This document shows, piece after piece, positions 37,749-45,949 of a stretch of 64,000 nucleotides of DNA. Each line of letters opens with the position of its first letter. Positions within the stretch are counted from its first letter, which is position 1. The stretch is from Bacteroidota bacterium. Lineage in GTDB: Bacteria; Bacteroidota; Bacteroidia; Flavobacteriales_D; Crocinitomicaceae. A program made the position numbers and the translations under genes. The stretch lies in NCBI GenBank assembly GCA_041179525.1, contig JBEGTG010000001.1, positions 11,806-75,805 on the forward strand. The letters run 5' to 3'. The notes under the pieces were generated by a model. That model was not told the origin of the DNA. It ran no database searches and saw nothing but the letters and a program-made list of their open reading frames with translations.

Positions 37749-38762
37749 TCAAGAAAGAAAGTCGAGGTCTGCTTCTATTTTCTTGCGAAACATACCGATT
37801 GTTTTCTCAAAATCGGCAAAGAAGTTATTGCGCTCGCGCTCGTTCACAACGCTTATGAGACTGGAGTTGGCCAATTGCTTATCGATCACTTGCTTGGCGT
37901 CTTGCACATATTGCGCATCGGTTGTTTGCAAGTAATTCATAATATTATGCGAGAGAAACAAGCCCTGTTTGTCTTTGCTCTCGTAATAAAAAGCGGAATC
38001 GGCATTGATGGTTTCATTGAGGTACATCTCAAAACGGTTGCCCGTAGCCGGCGCCTGGGTGCCATAAATGAATTTTTTACCGTAACCCGCTTGTTCGCGA
38101 AGGTGAGCAGAGAACATCAGGAGGCGATCGCACAAAAAGAGCGCGTAGCTTGGGTCTTCAAACTGATTGGATTTGTAGTAATAATGGATCTGACGCAAGA
38201 AACCACGCATGAGTTCAGGGTCGAAGATTTCTACAGATGGGATGGTGTTATAAGACTGCAAGATGGACTTCCCGAGTTCAAAAGCGCGGTCTGAGGTTTT
38301 TTCGTGGCGAAATAATACGTTTTTGTAGTCAGGTATTTGCAAGTGTGTTTTGGCCCAAAAAAACAACTTAAAGCGCACCAATTGCGGAAAATTCAATAAC
38401 TGAAAAAAATGCGTGTTGTTGATGGTGAGCATTATTTTAGGATCTTCAAGATGACGCAAACGCTCAAATGCCTCTAGAATGCCTTCTAGGTAAGATTCCA
38501 AGGAGAAATCATACGCATTGAGGGGCGTATACCGGAAAATTACATTCGTTTTTTGTTGTAAGATCAGGGAGTCAAAAGAAATGTCGAAGGTTTTGCACAA
38601 CCTTTTGAGTTCGTCGATGGTCAGTGCTGTTTCGTTGCGCATGCGGCGATAAGCGGCATCCATGCTAATGTGTAGTGTCTCGCTCAAAACATGACCCAAA
38701 GCGTCACCCGGAGGGAGCTTTGCTTTAATGAGCTGCAATAACTGATCTTGAACAGTTTCCAT
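37749..38762 (-). CDS. BetR-type helix-turn-helix transcriptional regulator with large uncharacterised C-terminal domain
   Basis: N-terminus LGHVLSETLHISMDAAYRRMRNETALTIDELKRLCKTFDISFD is HTH-like. 337 aa. The ATG lies 2 nt after the stop of paralog B. Confidence 0.55.
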   Translation of the reverse strand: METVQDQLLQLIKAKLPPGDALGHVLSETLHISMDAAYRRMRNETALTIDELKRLCKTFDISFDSLILQQKTNVIFRYTPLNAYDFSLESYLEGILEAFERLRHLEDPKIMLTINNTHFFQLLNFPQLVRFKLFFWAKTHLQIPDYKNVLFRHEKTSDRAFELGKSILQSYNTIPSVEIFDPELMRGFLRQIHYYYKSNQFEDPSYALFLCDRLLMFSAHLREQAGYGKKFIYGTQAPATGNRFEMYLNETINADSAFYYESKDKQGLFLSHNIMNYLQTTDAQYVQDAKQVIDKQLANSSLISVVNERERNNFFADFEKTIGMFRKKIEADLDFLS

Positions 38763-38764
38763 GG

Positions 38765-39871
38765 TTAAAACTTATAAAACCAACTGAGCATTGGTACAGG
38801 AAAAGAATAATTATTTACGTTGACCTGATAGTTGACGATTTCTTCACGGCGGCCAATCATACCGGCGAGCGTCACCTGAAAAGCCTTGTTTTCGTCCTTT
38901 TGAAAACGCATACCAGGCATAAAAACGATATTGGTGCTTTTGACCTCAATAAATGGATCATTGTATACTACTGAACTTGGCTGACCTGTATTTGGGTTGT
39001 AATAATAGTCAACTTGTTGGCCATCAAAAACCTTGCGCTTGTTGCCACCGATGATCATGACGTCCCAAATAATGCTCGCTTTTTTACCGACTGCTGCAAT
39101 ACCTGAAATACCAATTATTGGTGATTTAAAGTTTCCTACTTCATTTTCATAAGTGAGCATTTCTGGAATGGGGAAACTATAAGTGCCTTGGTTGAGCACA
39201 GCTGCATAAGTACCCGGTTGGTAATAGAAATCTTGATTGTTAAATGAGAAGCCAGAATTGAAATAACCATAACCCAATGAAAGTGTGGCATTGCTGCGGC
39301 GTGTTCCATACGTAGCCATTCCCCAATGTAGGCCGCCAAACCCTTTTGCCTGGTTGAGGTAACCAGTAGATGCCATGATGGTGCCGACGCCAAAATTGAT
39401 CATTGGGTTTTGTGTAGGGATGGTATATTTCAAAGCTAACGCAATTGGACTGGCTATCCAGGTGGCCATAATCCCGACACTCAGGTTAGGCAGGATCCCA
39501 AAATGAACTTCGGGGCCATATAGATTGATGAGCGCGTAATTCTCGCCTTTTTTGATCGCAAACGCGTTAGTGGTAAATTGGTACCTAGTAGTAAAAACTC
39601 CCTGGCCTAAGTATTCGCCTGACTTGAAGTCTGTCTGCTCATCCACCAAAGTAATGCTTTTCACTTCTGATTTCGGGATGTATATTTTGCCGAGTTGCTG
39701 AGTTAAAATCAAGAGTTCACGGCCGTCATCAGCTAATATTTGTGCAACGTATTCTATTCCATTGTTGCGAATAATTAAGTACTTAAGGGTATCGCCTTCT
39801 GATTTTGCCACTTGCGCATTGGCCGTGAATGAACAATACAAAATCAAAAACAACAGAAAATTTTTCAGCAT
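38765..39871 (-). CDS. Predicted outer-membrane beta-barrel protein, paralog B
   Basis: Signal peptide. Blocks shared with paralog A include GKIYIPKS, VFTTRYQFTTN, IKKGENYA.(I/V)NLYGPEVHF, SPIALALKYT, GGLHWGM.TYG.RR.NATLS.GYGYFN, KAPIIG, VGKKAS, MPGMRFQ..ENKAFQ and SWFY. Terminal Phe. Confidence 0.6.
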   Translation of the reverse strand: MLKNFLLFLILYCSFTANAQVAKSEGDTLKYLIIRNNGIEYVAQILADDGRELLILTQQLGKIYIPKSEVKSITLVDEQTDFKSGEYLGQGVFTTRYQFTTNAFAIKKGENYALINLYGPEVHFGILPNLSVGIMATWIASPIALALKYTIPTQNPMINFGVGTIMASTGYLNQAKGFGGLHWGMATYGTRRSNATLSLGYGYFNSGFSFNNQDFYYQPGTYAAVLNQGTYSFPIPEMLTYENEVGNFKSPIIGISGIAAVGKKASIIWDVMIIGGNKRKVFDGQQVDYYYNPNTGQPSSVVYNDPFIEVKSTNIVFMPGMRFQKDENKAFQVTLAGMIGRREEIVNYQVNVNNYSFPVPMLSWFYKF

Positions 39872-39895
39872 GATGCAGGTTTTATAAGCTCTAAA

Positions 39896-42145
39896 TTAAT
39901 CATTCATATAAGTTCTTTGCACGCGAGGTGAGATACTTGTAAGAATTTCATAAGGAATGGTCTGTGCTTTTTCTGCAAATAGACTGAGCGCTTGCTGTGT
40001 ACCGATGATTTCTACCTCGGCATCTGGCCGAGCGTTGGGCGCTAGAACCATGATCATGTCCATACAAACTCTTCCTATTGTTGGACAAAAGTTGCCGTCG
40101 ATATAAACCCCTCCTCTTCCATTGCTAAGATTTCGTTTGAAACCATCGGCATAGCCCACAGGAATCACTGCAATTTGGCTATCGGCTTCTAGTATTTCTG
40201 AGCAGCCATAACCAACACAAGCGCCTTTCTTGAGTTGCTTTAATTGGGAGATTCGACTGGTCCAAGAAATCACTGGCTTTAATTTTTGCTCAAACTGTGG
40301 GTCGTGATTGACCCCAAAAAGACCAATGCCTAAACGCACCATGTCGAATTGCGCTTGCGGAAAATGAGCCGCGCCTTCAGAGTTCAAGAGGTGCTTGAGA
40401 AAAGGATAAGGAAGCGCGCTTTCAAACTGGTTGCAAATGGCGTTAAAACTGCTAATTTGCTGCGCATTCATGGGATGCTGGGGCTCATCTGCACAAGCCA
40501 TATGGCTGTAAACACTCTTCACACAAACTTCTGGTTGGGCGCGCAAAGTTTGCAACAACTGATCGGTTTGCTCGGGCAAAAAACCTAGGCGATGCATGCC
40601 GGTATCAAACTTCAAATGAATGGGGTAATCTTGAATTTGAGAGGCAATCAGTGTCCGGATAAACGCATCGAGGTGTGTAGGGCTATAAATGGCAGGCTCA
40701 AGTTGGTAAGCAATGCAGCTCTCAAATCCAGCAGGCTCGGCATTCATGACTAAAATTGGCAGTTTTATGCCCGCTTGCCTGAGTAAGACCCCTTCATCCG
40801 CATAAGCAACGCCAAAATAATTGACGCCCCCCGCAAGCAGTTGCTTTGCAATTTGATCTAAGCCTCCGCCATATGCTTGCGCCTTGACCATGGCAAGTAT
40901 TTGAGTTGTTGGAGCCAAACTTTGCTGGTACTGACGCAAGTTGTGCTGGAGTGCAGAAAGATCGTAACGCACCACCGTGCTGTGCGACTTGCGCTTCCAT
41001 TTGGAAAGTAGCGCCTCGGTCAGCAAATGCTGGTTGCCTTTGATCAAGACGACCTGATCCGAAATATCGGGAAGGATGGCGGGCAGCGCTGTCCAAATAT
41101 GGTAGGTATCAATTTGGTTGGCTAACAACAAACGTATGATTTCTTCTTTTAAATGCGCTTGATTCTCGGAAAGTAAACAACAGACCATGTGCTGTTTTCC
41201 TGGAGCCACTGCTTTCAAAAAGGCAAGCGAACCCTCAAAAGCAAGCAGATCTAAGCTGTAAGCATCATTGATGAGCGTGGCGCCATGAATGCCTTCGAAG
41301 GTTTCTAGCCGATTGGCCAATTCAGGAAGCTCAGCAACAGCTTTTGGGCTACATGAACCCAAGCGGAGTGCGCAAGCAATGGCTACGCGTGCATTATGGA
41401 CACGTACGGGATCATTGAAGGGTATTTGATCGAATAAGTTTTTTGAATTTTCGTCGCTAAGCGCCTCTAGGTGGTCGCCATCGATGCGCCAATCGGCGCC
41501 AATCGAAAGAGATTGCAGCGCTACCTTGTAGGCTTGATCAGTATCAAATTCATGGCGAAAACCCGCATTTGTGTTGGTAATCACCACGTAGTTGGGCGCA
41601 ATCATGGCATGGAGCTTCTCCATTTCGCCAGGTTTGCTCACCGCCGCCTCTATGAGGGCTAAATTGCCTTCTAGCGGAAGCTGTAGCAACGAGAGTGCCA
41701 CCCCAAGTTGCGAATTGTAACTTTTGGGGCTGCGCTGTACCTTCAGTTGGTCAGCTAAAAGATGGTAAATCCATTCTTTTACGGTGGTTTTACCAATGGC
41801 GCCAGCAATGGCTAAAATGGGGTAGTTGATTCTTTTGCGGTGAAAGGTCGCAAGTTGTTGGAGTGCTTCTAGCACATCATCAACGATGTAAAAGCAAGCT
41901 TCAGCAAATTCTTTGGCAGGTTGCTGATCCAATACAAAGATGCGAATGCCTTTGTCGTATGCTGCTTGAACATATTCAAAGCCACTGCGCTTGGGGCCGT
42001 TTAGTCCAAAAAAGGCTACGCCTTCACTGCGCGAAATTTTGCGAGAGTCGTAAACTACTTCTTGAACAAGGACAGCACTTGGCGTGCCCACAAAACGTGC
42101 AGCAAAAATTTCGGTCAATTGAGCGTGGGTCAGATTCAGTTTCAT
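39896..42145 (-). CDS. Bifunctional UDP-N-acetylmuramoyl-tripeptide:D-Ala-D-Ala ligase / alanine racemase
   Basis: The N-terminal Mur ligase half has GAIGKTTVKEW. The C-terminal half has the PLP site AMVKAQAYGGG and a racemase C-terminal domain. 749 aa. Confidence 0.85.
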   Translation of the reverse strand: MKLNLTHAQLTEIFAARFVGTPSAVLVQEVVYDSRKISRSEGVAFFGLNGPKRSGFEYVQAAYDKGIRIFVLDQQPAKEFAEACFYIVDDVLEALQQLATFHRKRINYPILAIAGAIGKTTVKEWIYHLLADQLKVQRSPKSYNSQLGVALSLLQLPLEGNLALIEAAVSKPGEMEKLHAMIAPNYVVITNTNAGFRHEFDTDQAYKVALQSLSIGADWRIDGDHLEALSDENSKNLFDQIPFNDPVRVHNARVAIACALRLGSCSPKAVAELPELANRLETFEGIHGATLINDAYSLDLLAFEGSLAFLKAVAPGKQHMVCCLLSENQAHLKEEIIRLLLANQIDTYHIWTALPAILPDISDQVVLIKGNQHLLTEALLSKWKRKSHSTVVRYDLSALQHNLRQYQQSLAPTTQILAMVKAQAYGGGLDQIAKQLLAGGVNYFGVAYADEGVLLRQAGIKLPILVMNAEPAGFESCIAYQLEPAIYSPTHLDAFIRTLIASQIQDYPIHLKFDTGMHRLGFLPEQTDQLLQTLRAQPEVCVKSVYSHMACADEPQHPMNAQQISSFNAICNQFESALPYPFLKHLLNSEGAAHFPQAQFDMVRLGIGLFGVNHDPQFEQKLKPVISWTSRISQLKQLKKGACVGYGCSEILEADSQIAVIPVGYADGFKRNLSNGRGGVYIDGNFCPTIGRVCMDMIMVLAPNARPDAEVEIIGTQQALSLFAEKAQTIPYEILTSISPRVQRTYMND

Positions 42146-42717
42146 GACAACGCTTTTTGATAACAGCTTCTGCAGAGCGGTTGGTATTTTTCTACAGCAC
42201 CGACTAATACTTGCTCGGTTTGGGCGACCGTGCGATGCGAGAATTGCGCTAGTTTACCGCAGTGTACACATACAGCATGTACTTTACTGACATATTCTGC
42301 AATAGCCATTAGTTGTGGCATAGGACCAAAAGGAATCCCTTTGAAATCCATATCTAAACCCGCAACGATGACACGAACTCCTTTGTTTGAAAGTTCATTA
42401 CAAACTTGAACTATTTGGGCATCAAAAAACTGTGCTTCATCTATCGCTACAATTTGTTCACCTTTCCATCCGTCGAACACTTCTTGTGCGGATGCAACGC
42501 GCCTGGCCTCCCAACTTTGCCCTTGATGACTCACCACTGCCTCAGTGGCATAGCGGTCATCGATAAGCGGTTTGAAAAGTAAAATAGACTGTTTGGCAAA
42601 AGCCGCACGACGGAGTCTGCGGATAAGTTCTTCGGTTTTACCAGAAAACATAGAGCCACAAATCACCTCTATCCAACCTTGTTGTCCGTTTTCTTTGGTA
42701 AATTGCTCTAAAAACAT
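42142..42717 (-). CDS. tdk: Thymidine kinase
   Basis: P-loop GSMFSGKTEELIRR, DEAQFF, and Zn ribbon CVHCG...CRSC. Start moved to ATG 42717 (MFLEQF). Confidence 0.9.
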   Translation of the reverse strand: MFLEQFTKENGQQGWIEVICGSMFSGKTEELIRRLRRAAFAKQSILLFKPLIDDRYATEAVVSHQGQSWEARRVASAQEVFDGWKGEQIVAIDEAQFFDAQIVQVCNELSNKGVRVIVAGLDMDFKGIPFGPMPQLMAIAEYVSKVHAVCVHCGKLAQFSHRTVAQTEQVLVGAVEKYQPLCRSCYQKALS

Positions 42718-42749
42718 AGTGCTGTTGAATGAGATTGTGAAATGTTTTC

Positions 42750-42757
42750 TAATTTTG
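42750..42757 (+). promoter_or_regulatory. Candidate -7 box (TAnnTTTG)
   Basis: Exact TAATTTTG, 53 nt upstream of ATG 42810. A 7-bp hairpin (gtgcaat/attgcac) lies between the box and the start codon. Confidence 0.3.
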
Positions 42758-42809
42758 ATTCGGTAGTGCAATATACTGCCGATTGCACGAAATTAATAAG
42801 TTATAAGCA

Positions 42810-43724
42810 ATGTCAGAAAAAAGTCCCTCTCTAATGATCAAAACAATTCTTGGACACCTTCAAAATGGTGTTGAAAAACTAGAATCTGGACACCTTAGCC
42901 CAGAAGACATGGAATTATTAGTCGAGGACGCCAAAGAACTCTATGAGCGCATGGTTATTTTGCGCTACAAAATCTACGAAACCAATGTGTTGGGTGTTAA
43001 AGAACCCGTCATTTCTGCCAGCATTCGCCAAACTGAAATCGAAACGCCTATTGACCTATTTGGCGCAATAGATGAACCCACACCCGAACCAGCATTTGAA
43101 GTCACTTTTGCCAATGGCGAACCAAGCGAAAGTGATTTGAGTGATGATGAAACTACGAATGAAGAAGACCTTTTTGAAGAAGAGGAGGAGCAAGAAGTTG
43201 TAGCAGATGAAGTTCAAGAAGAAACACTTGAAGAAGAAGCAATAGAAGAAGAAACGATTGAAGAAGAACCAATCGAGGAAGAAACGATTGAGCAAGAAAT
43301 GATTGAGGAGCAACCTAGCGTTGTAGAAAATCTATTTGAAGAGGTTGTTGAAGACCAAACAACTGAAGAAGAAGTAACGGAGCCCGCAGCGCCTTCTAGC
43401 TGGGAGCCAGAATTTTCTGGAGATCAGCCTATTTGGATGGCAGAGATGGAGGCCAATATCCGCGACAACCGCAGTATGTTTCCATTGGAAAGCCTTATTG
43501 GTGCTTTTACACTCAACGAAAAACTTCAATTTATCAATGAATTGTTCGACGGCTCATCAGACGATTTCTCAAGCAATATCAAGCAACTCGACCAACTTGC
43601 CTCTATCGACGCAGCACGCAACATGATCGCGGAGCTTGCCGCTACGTTTAACTGGGATACAGAATCTGAAATTGTAGAAGATTTCATCTACAAAATTTGT
43701 CGCCGCCATGCGACTGGCGCTTAG
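42810..43724 (+). CDS. Hypothetical acidic protein with Glu-rich pentapeptide repeat
   Basis: 304 aa. Helical N-terminal and C-terminal regions flank an extremely acidic core. Confidence 0.55.
   Translation: MSEKSPSLMIKTILGHLQNGVEKLESGHLSPEDMELLVEDAKELYERMVILRYKIYETNVLGVKEPVISASIRQTEIETPIDLFGAIDEPTPEPAFEVTFANGEPSESDLSDDETTNEEDLFEEEEEQEVVADEVQEETLEEEAIEEETIEEEPIEEETIEQEMIEEQPSVVENLFEEVVEDQTTEEEVTEPAAPSSWEPEFSGDQPIWMAEMEANIRDNRSMFPLESLIGAFTLNEKLQFINELFDGSSDDFSSNIKQLDQLASIDAARNMIAELAATFNWDTESEIVEDFIYKICRRHATGA
43215..43312 (+). repeat. 15-nt (pentapeptide [I/L]EEE-x) imperfect tandem repeat, coding
   Basis: The region encodes ETLEEEAIEEETIEEEPIEEETIEQEMIEEQ. The DNA period is gaagaagaa-nnn-att/atc. 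Confidence 0.7.
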
Positions 43725-44967
43725 TTTCGTTTTTTGCCTAGCCCTGTCTTTTGTCTATGGGCAGCAATACCCATATCGGCAAACTATTTCTACGCTATGC
43801 TCCCCGGCTTACGCTGGCAGGGGTTATGTCGAGGACGGCAACGCATTGGCCGCTCAATTCATTGCAGCAGAATTCCACAAAATTGGCCTGCAGCCCTTCA
43901 AAAATAAATTCGAACAATCATTTACACTGCCCGTTCAAACTTTTCCGGGGGCCTGTTTATTTGCGGTAGGCTCAGACACCCTCAAGCCGGGCATCGATTA
44001 CCTCGTTCATCCTGGTTCTGCGGGCATTTCTCTTCCTACCAACTATCAATTGGTATATTGCAATGTACGTACGCTCTACCGCAGCGTCAATGCCTTTAAA
44101 CCTTGCCCGAAAGACCGCATGTTGGTAGTTCAGACCTCAGGTTTTGGCGGAGATACCAATAAAGTACTACAAACACGCCTTCAGGAACTCCAACAATTTG
44201 CAGCAACCATAGAACTCACCTCGAGCAAACTCACGTGGTCGGTGAGTCAGCAAGCGAAGCCCTACCCTGCTTTCCAAGTGCTTTTAACTGCCTTTGCAAA
44301 CAAACCCCAAAGTGCCTTGATGCACTTGACAACTTTATTTGAACCAAAATTCACCTCAAGTAATGTCATTGGCTATTTGCCCGCTGCGCAAAAAGCAAAG
44401 AAAAAACCCTATTTAGTCGTTACAGCGCATTACGACCACCTCGGAAAAATGGGAAAAGACACCTACTTTCCAGGGGCTAATGACAACGCATCAGGCGTTG
44501 GCATGTTATTGTATATGGCGCAGCAACTCAGCTTGAAGCGCGACCCCAATTACAATTACGTATTCATTGCTTTTGGTGCTGAAGAAGCTGGGCTCGTTGG
44601 ATCGCACTATTTTGTTGAACATCCGCTATTTGATCTCAAACAGATTCGCTTCTTACTCAATACCGATATCATGGGGAGTGGCGAAGAAGGCATCACGGTG
44701 GTAAATGCCACTTTGTTTAAATCAGAATTTGACCGTTTAATAGAACTCAATACAGAAGGTTCGAACGTAACGCAAATCAAATCCAGAGGACCAGCCGCTA
44801 ATTCAGATCATTATTTCTTTACCGAAAAAGGCGTCCCCGCATTCTTTGTCTATACGATGGGTCCGAACAAACACTATCACGATATCCACGACAAAGCCGA
44901 AGAATTGAGCTACGCGGCATTTGAACCCCTCGCCAATCTTTTGCTTGGGTTTATGCGGTCATTTTAG
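43708..44967 (+). CDS. M28 family metallopeptidase, secreted
   Basis: Signal peptide. Zn ligand motifs AHYDHLG, GANDNASG and GAEEAGLVGS. Confidence 0.8.
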   Translation: MRLALSFVFCLALSFVYGQQYPYRQTISTLCSPAYAGRGYVEDGNALAAQFIAAEFHKIGLQPFKNKFEQSFTLPVQTFPGACLFAVGSDTLKPGIDYLVHPGSAGISLPTNYQLVYCNVRTLYRSVNAFKPCPKDRMLVVQTSGFGGDTNKVLQTRLQELQQFAATIELTSSKLTWSVSQQAKPYPAFQVLLTAFANKPQSALMHLTTLFEPKFTSSNVIGYLPAAQKAKKKPYLVVTAHYDHLGKMGKDTYFPGANDNASGVGMLLYMAQQLSLKRDPNYNYVFIAFGAEEAGLVGSHYFVEHPLFDLKQIRFLLNTDIMGSGEEGITVVNATLFKSEFDRLIELNTEGSNVTQIKSRGPAANSDHYFFTEKGVPAFFVYTMGPNKHYHDIHDKAEELSYAAFEPLANLLLGFMRSF

Positions 44968-45348
44968 TCTCCGGACGAAATAACTTGTCTGAAGAATCAG
45001 GACACTCAAAGAAAGCCCCAACAGATATAAGACGAGCTCCACGCTCTGATCGGTGTAAATCAAGGCCAAACTTGCCGATAAATAACCCAATAATTGGGTC
45101 ACGCTAATGATCAAGAATCGAAAAGTTTGCGCAGCGGCATCACCCTTATTTTGAATGAAAAGAATGCCGGCAGAAATCAAAATTAAGAGCAAGGATGTGA
45201 GTTGAATGCTCAAAATCTGTTTCCATGGCAATGCAAATACACTGAGAAATGCAAGGATCAAAAAGACCAAATGAACGGCCACTAAAGTGGCCAAATAAGA
45301 CCAAAGGGTAAGCTGTTTTTTGGAGTTAGTTTTCACGATTGAGCGCAT
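44959..45348 (-). CDS. Small membrane protein (4 TM), AtpI-like by position
   Basis: 129 aa, hydrophobic. Overlaps the AtpZ-like gene by 23 nt. No motif recognised. Confidence 0.45.
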   Translation of the reverse strand: MRSIVKTNSKKQLTLWSYLATLVAVHLVFLILAFLSVFALPWKQILSIQLTSLLLILISAGILFIQNKGDAAAQTFRFLIISVTQLLGYLSASLALIYTDQSVELVLYLLGLSLSVLILQTSYFVRRLK

Positions 45349-45544
45349 TCACTTCTTTAATGATCAAATACAAACCAATGCCCACACCAAGTAGCGCTAA
45401 AATCACGGTAAAGAGACTGCTTGTATGGAACTGTTGATCGAGCCAAGTGCCTAACCAAGTGAAACCTCCGATGACGGCCGCCATTTGAAATGCAGCAGAA
45501 CTCAGCTTGAGGTAAGCGTTGGTAGACTTATTTTTTTCAGTCAT
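45326..45544 (-). CDS. AtpZ/AtpI family small membrane protein
   Basis: LKLSSAAFQMAAVIGGFTWLGTWLD matches the AtpZ pattern. ATG at 45544 forms an ATGACTGA overlap with the bactofilin stop. Confidence 0.65.
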   Translation of the reverse strand: MTEKNKSTNAYLKLSSAAFQMAAVIGGFTWLGTWLDQQFHTSSLFTVILALLGVGIGLYLIIKEVNALNREN

Positions 45545-45944
45545 TGAAGGAAGCCTCCACATCTAGTTTTTGCGTACTGACGCCAGCGCGCATCACGCAA
45601 GCACCTTCAAAGAAAGCGCCTTCTTCTATGTGGAGTTTCATGGTTTGGATATCGCCTTTGATGCGGGCCGTTGCGCGCAACACCAAGAGGTTTTCTACCA
45701 TCAGTTGGCCGTCCATGGCACCATCTATTTCGGCGTTCACACAAACGAGATTGCCATTGATTTTTCCTGAGGTGCCGATAATGACACGGCCCGCACAAGA
45801 AACGTTGCCATTCACTTGCCCTTCTAAAAGGATGTTGGAATCTGAGGTGAGGTCGCCGTTGATCTCTGTACCGGCTATAATGCGGTTGATGCGGTCGGTG
45901 GTATCAGGTGCTTGCGAACCTCCGAAAATGTCTTTTCTTAGCAT
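45537..45944 (-). CDS. Bactofilin (polymer-forming cytoskeletal protein)
   Basis: Repetitive beta-helix pattern (I.G.I.S...I.IEG.V.GN...). 135 aa. Confidence 0.8.
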   Translation of the reverse strand: MLRKDIFGGSQAPDTTDRINRIIAGTEINGDLTSDSNILLEGQVNGNVSCAGRVIIGTSGKINGNLVCVNAEIDGAMDGQLMVENLLVLRATARIKGDIQTMKLHIEEGAFFEGACVMRAGVSTQKLDVEASFND

Positions 45945-45949
45945 AAAGC

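Noticed and set aside
37731-38294. 187-aa plus-strand ORF antisense to the HTH regulator gene
   Set aside because: It lies fully within a minus-strand ORF that has a coherent HTH N-terminus and tight coupling to its neighbour. The antisense product has no motif or signal.
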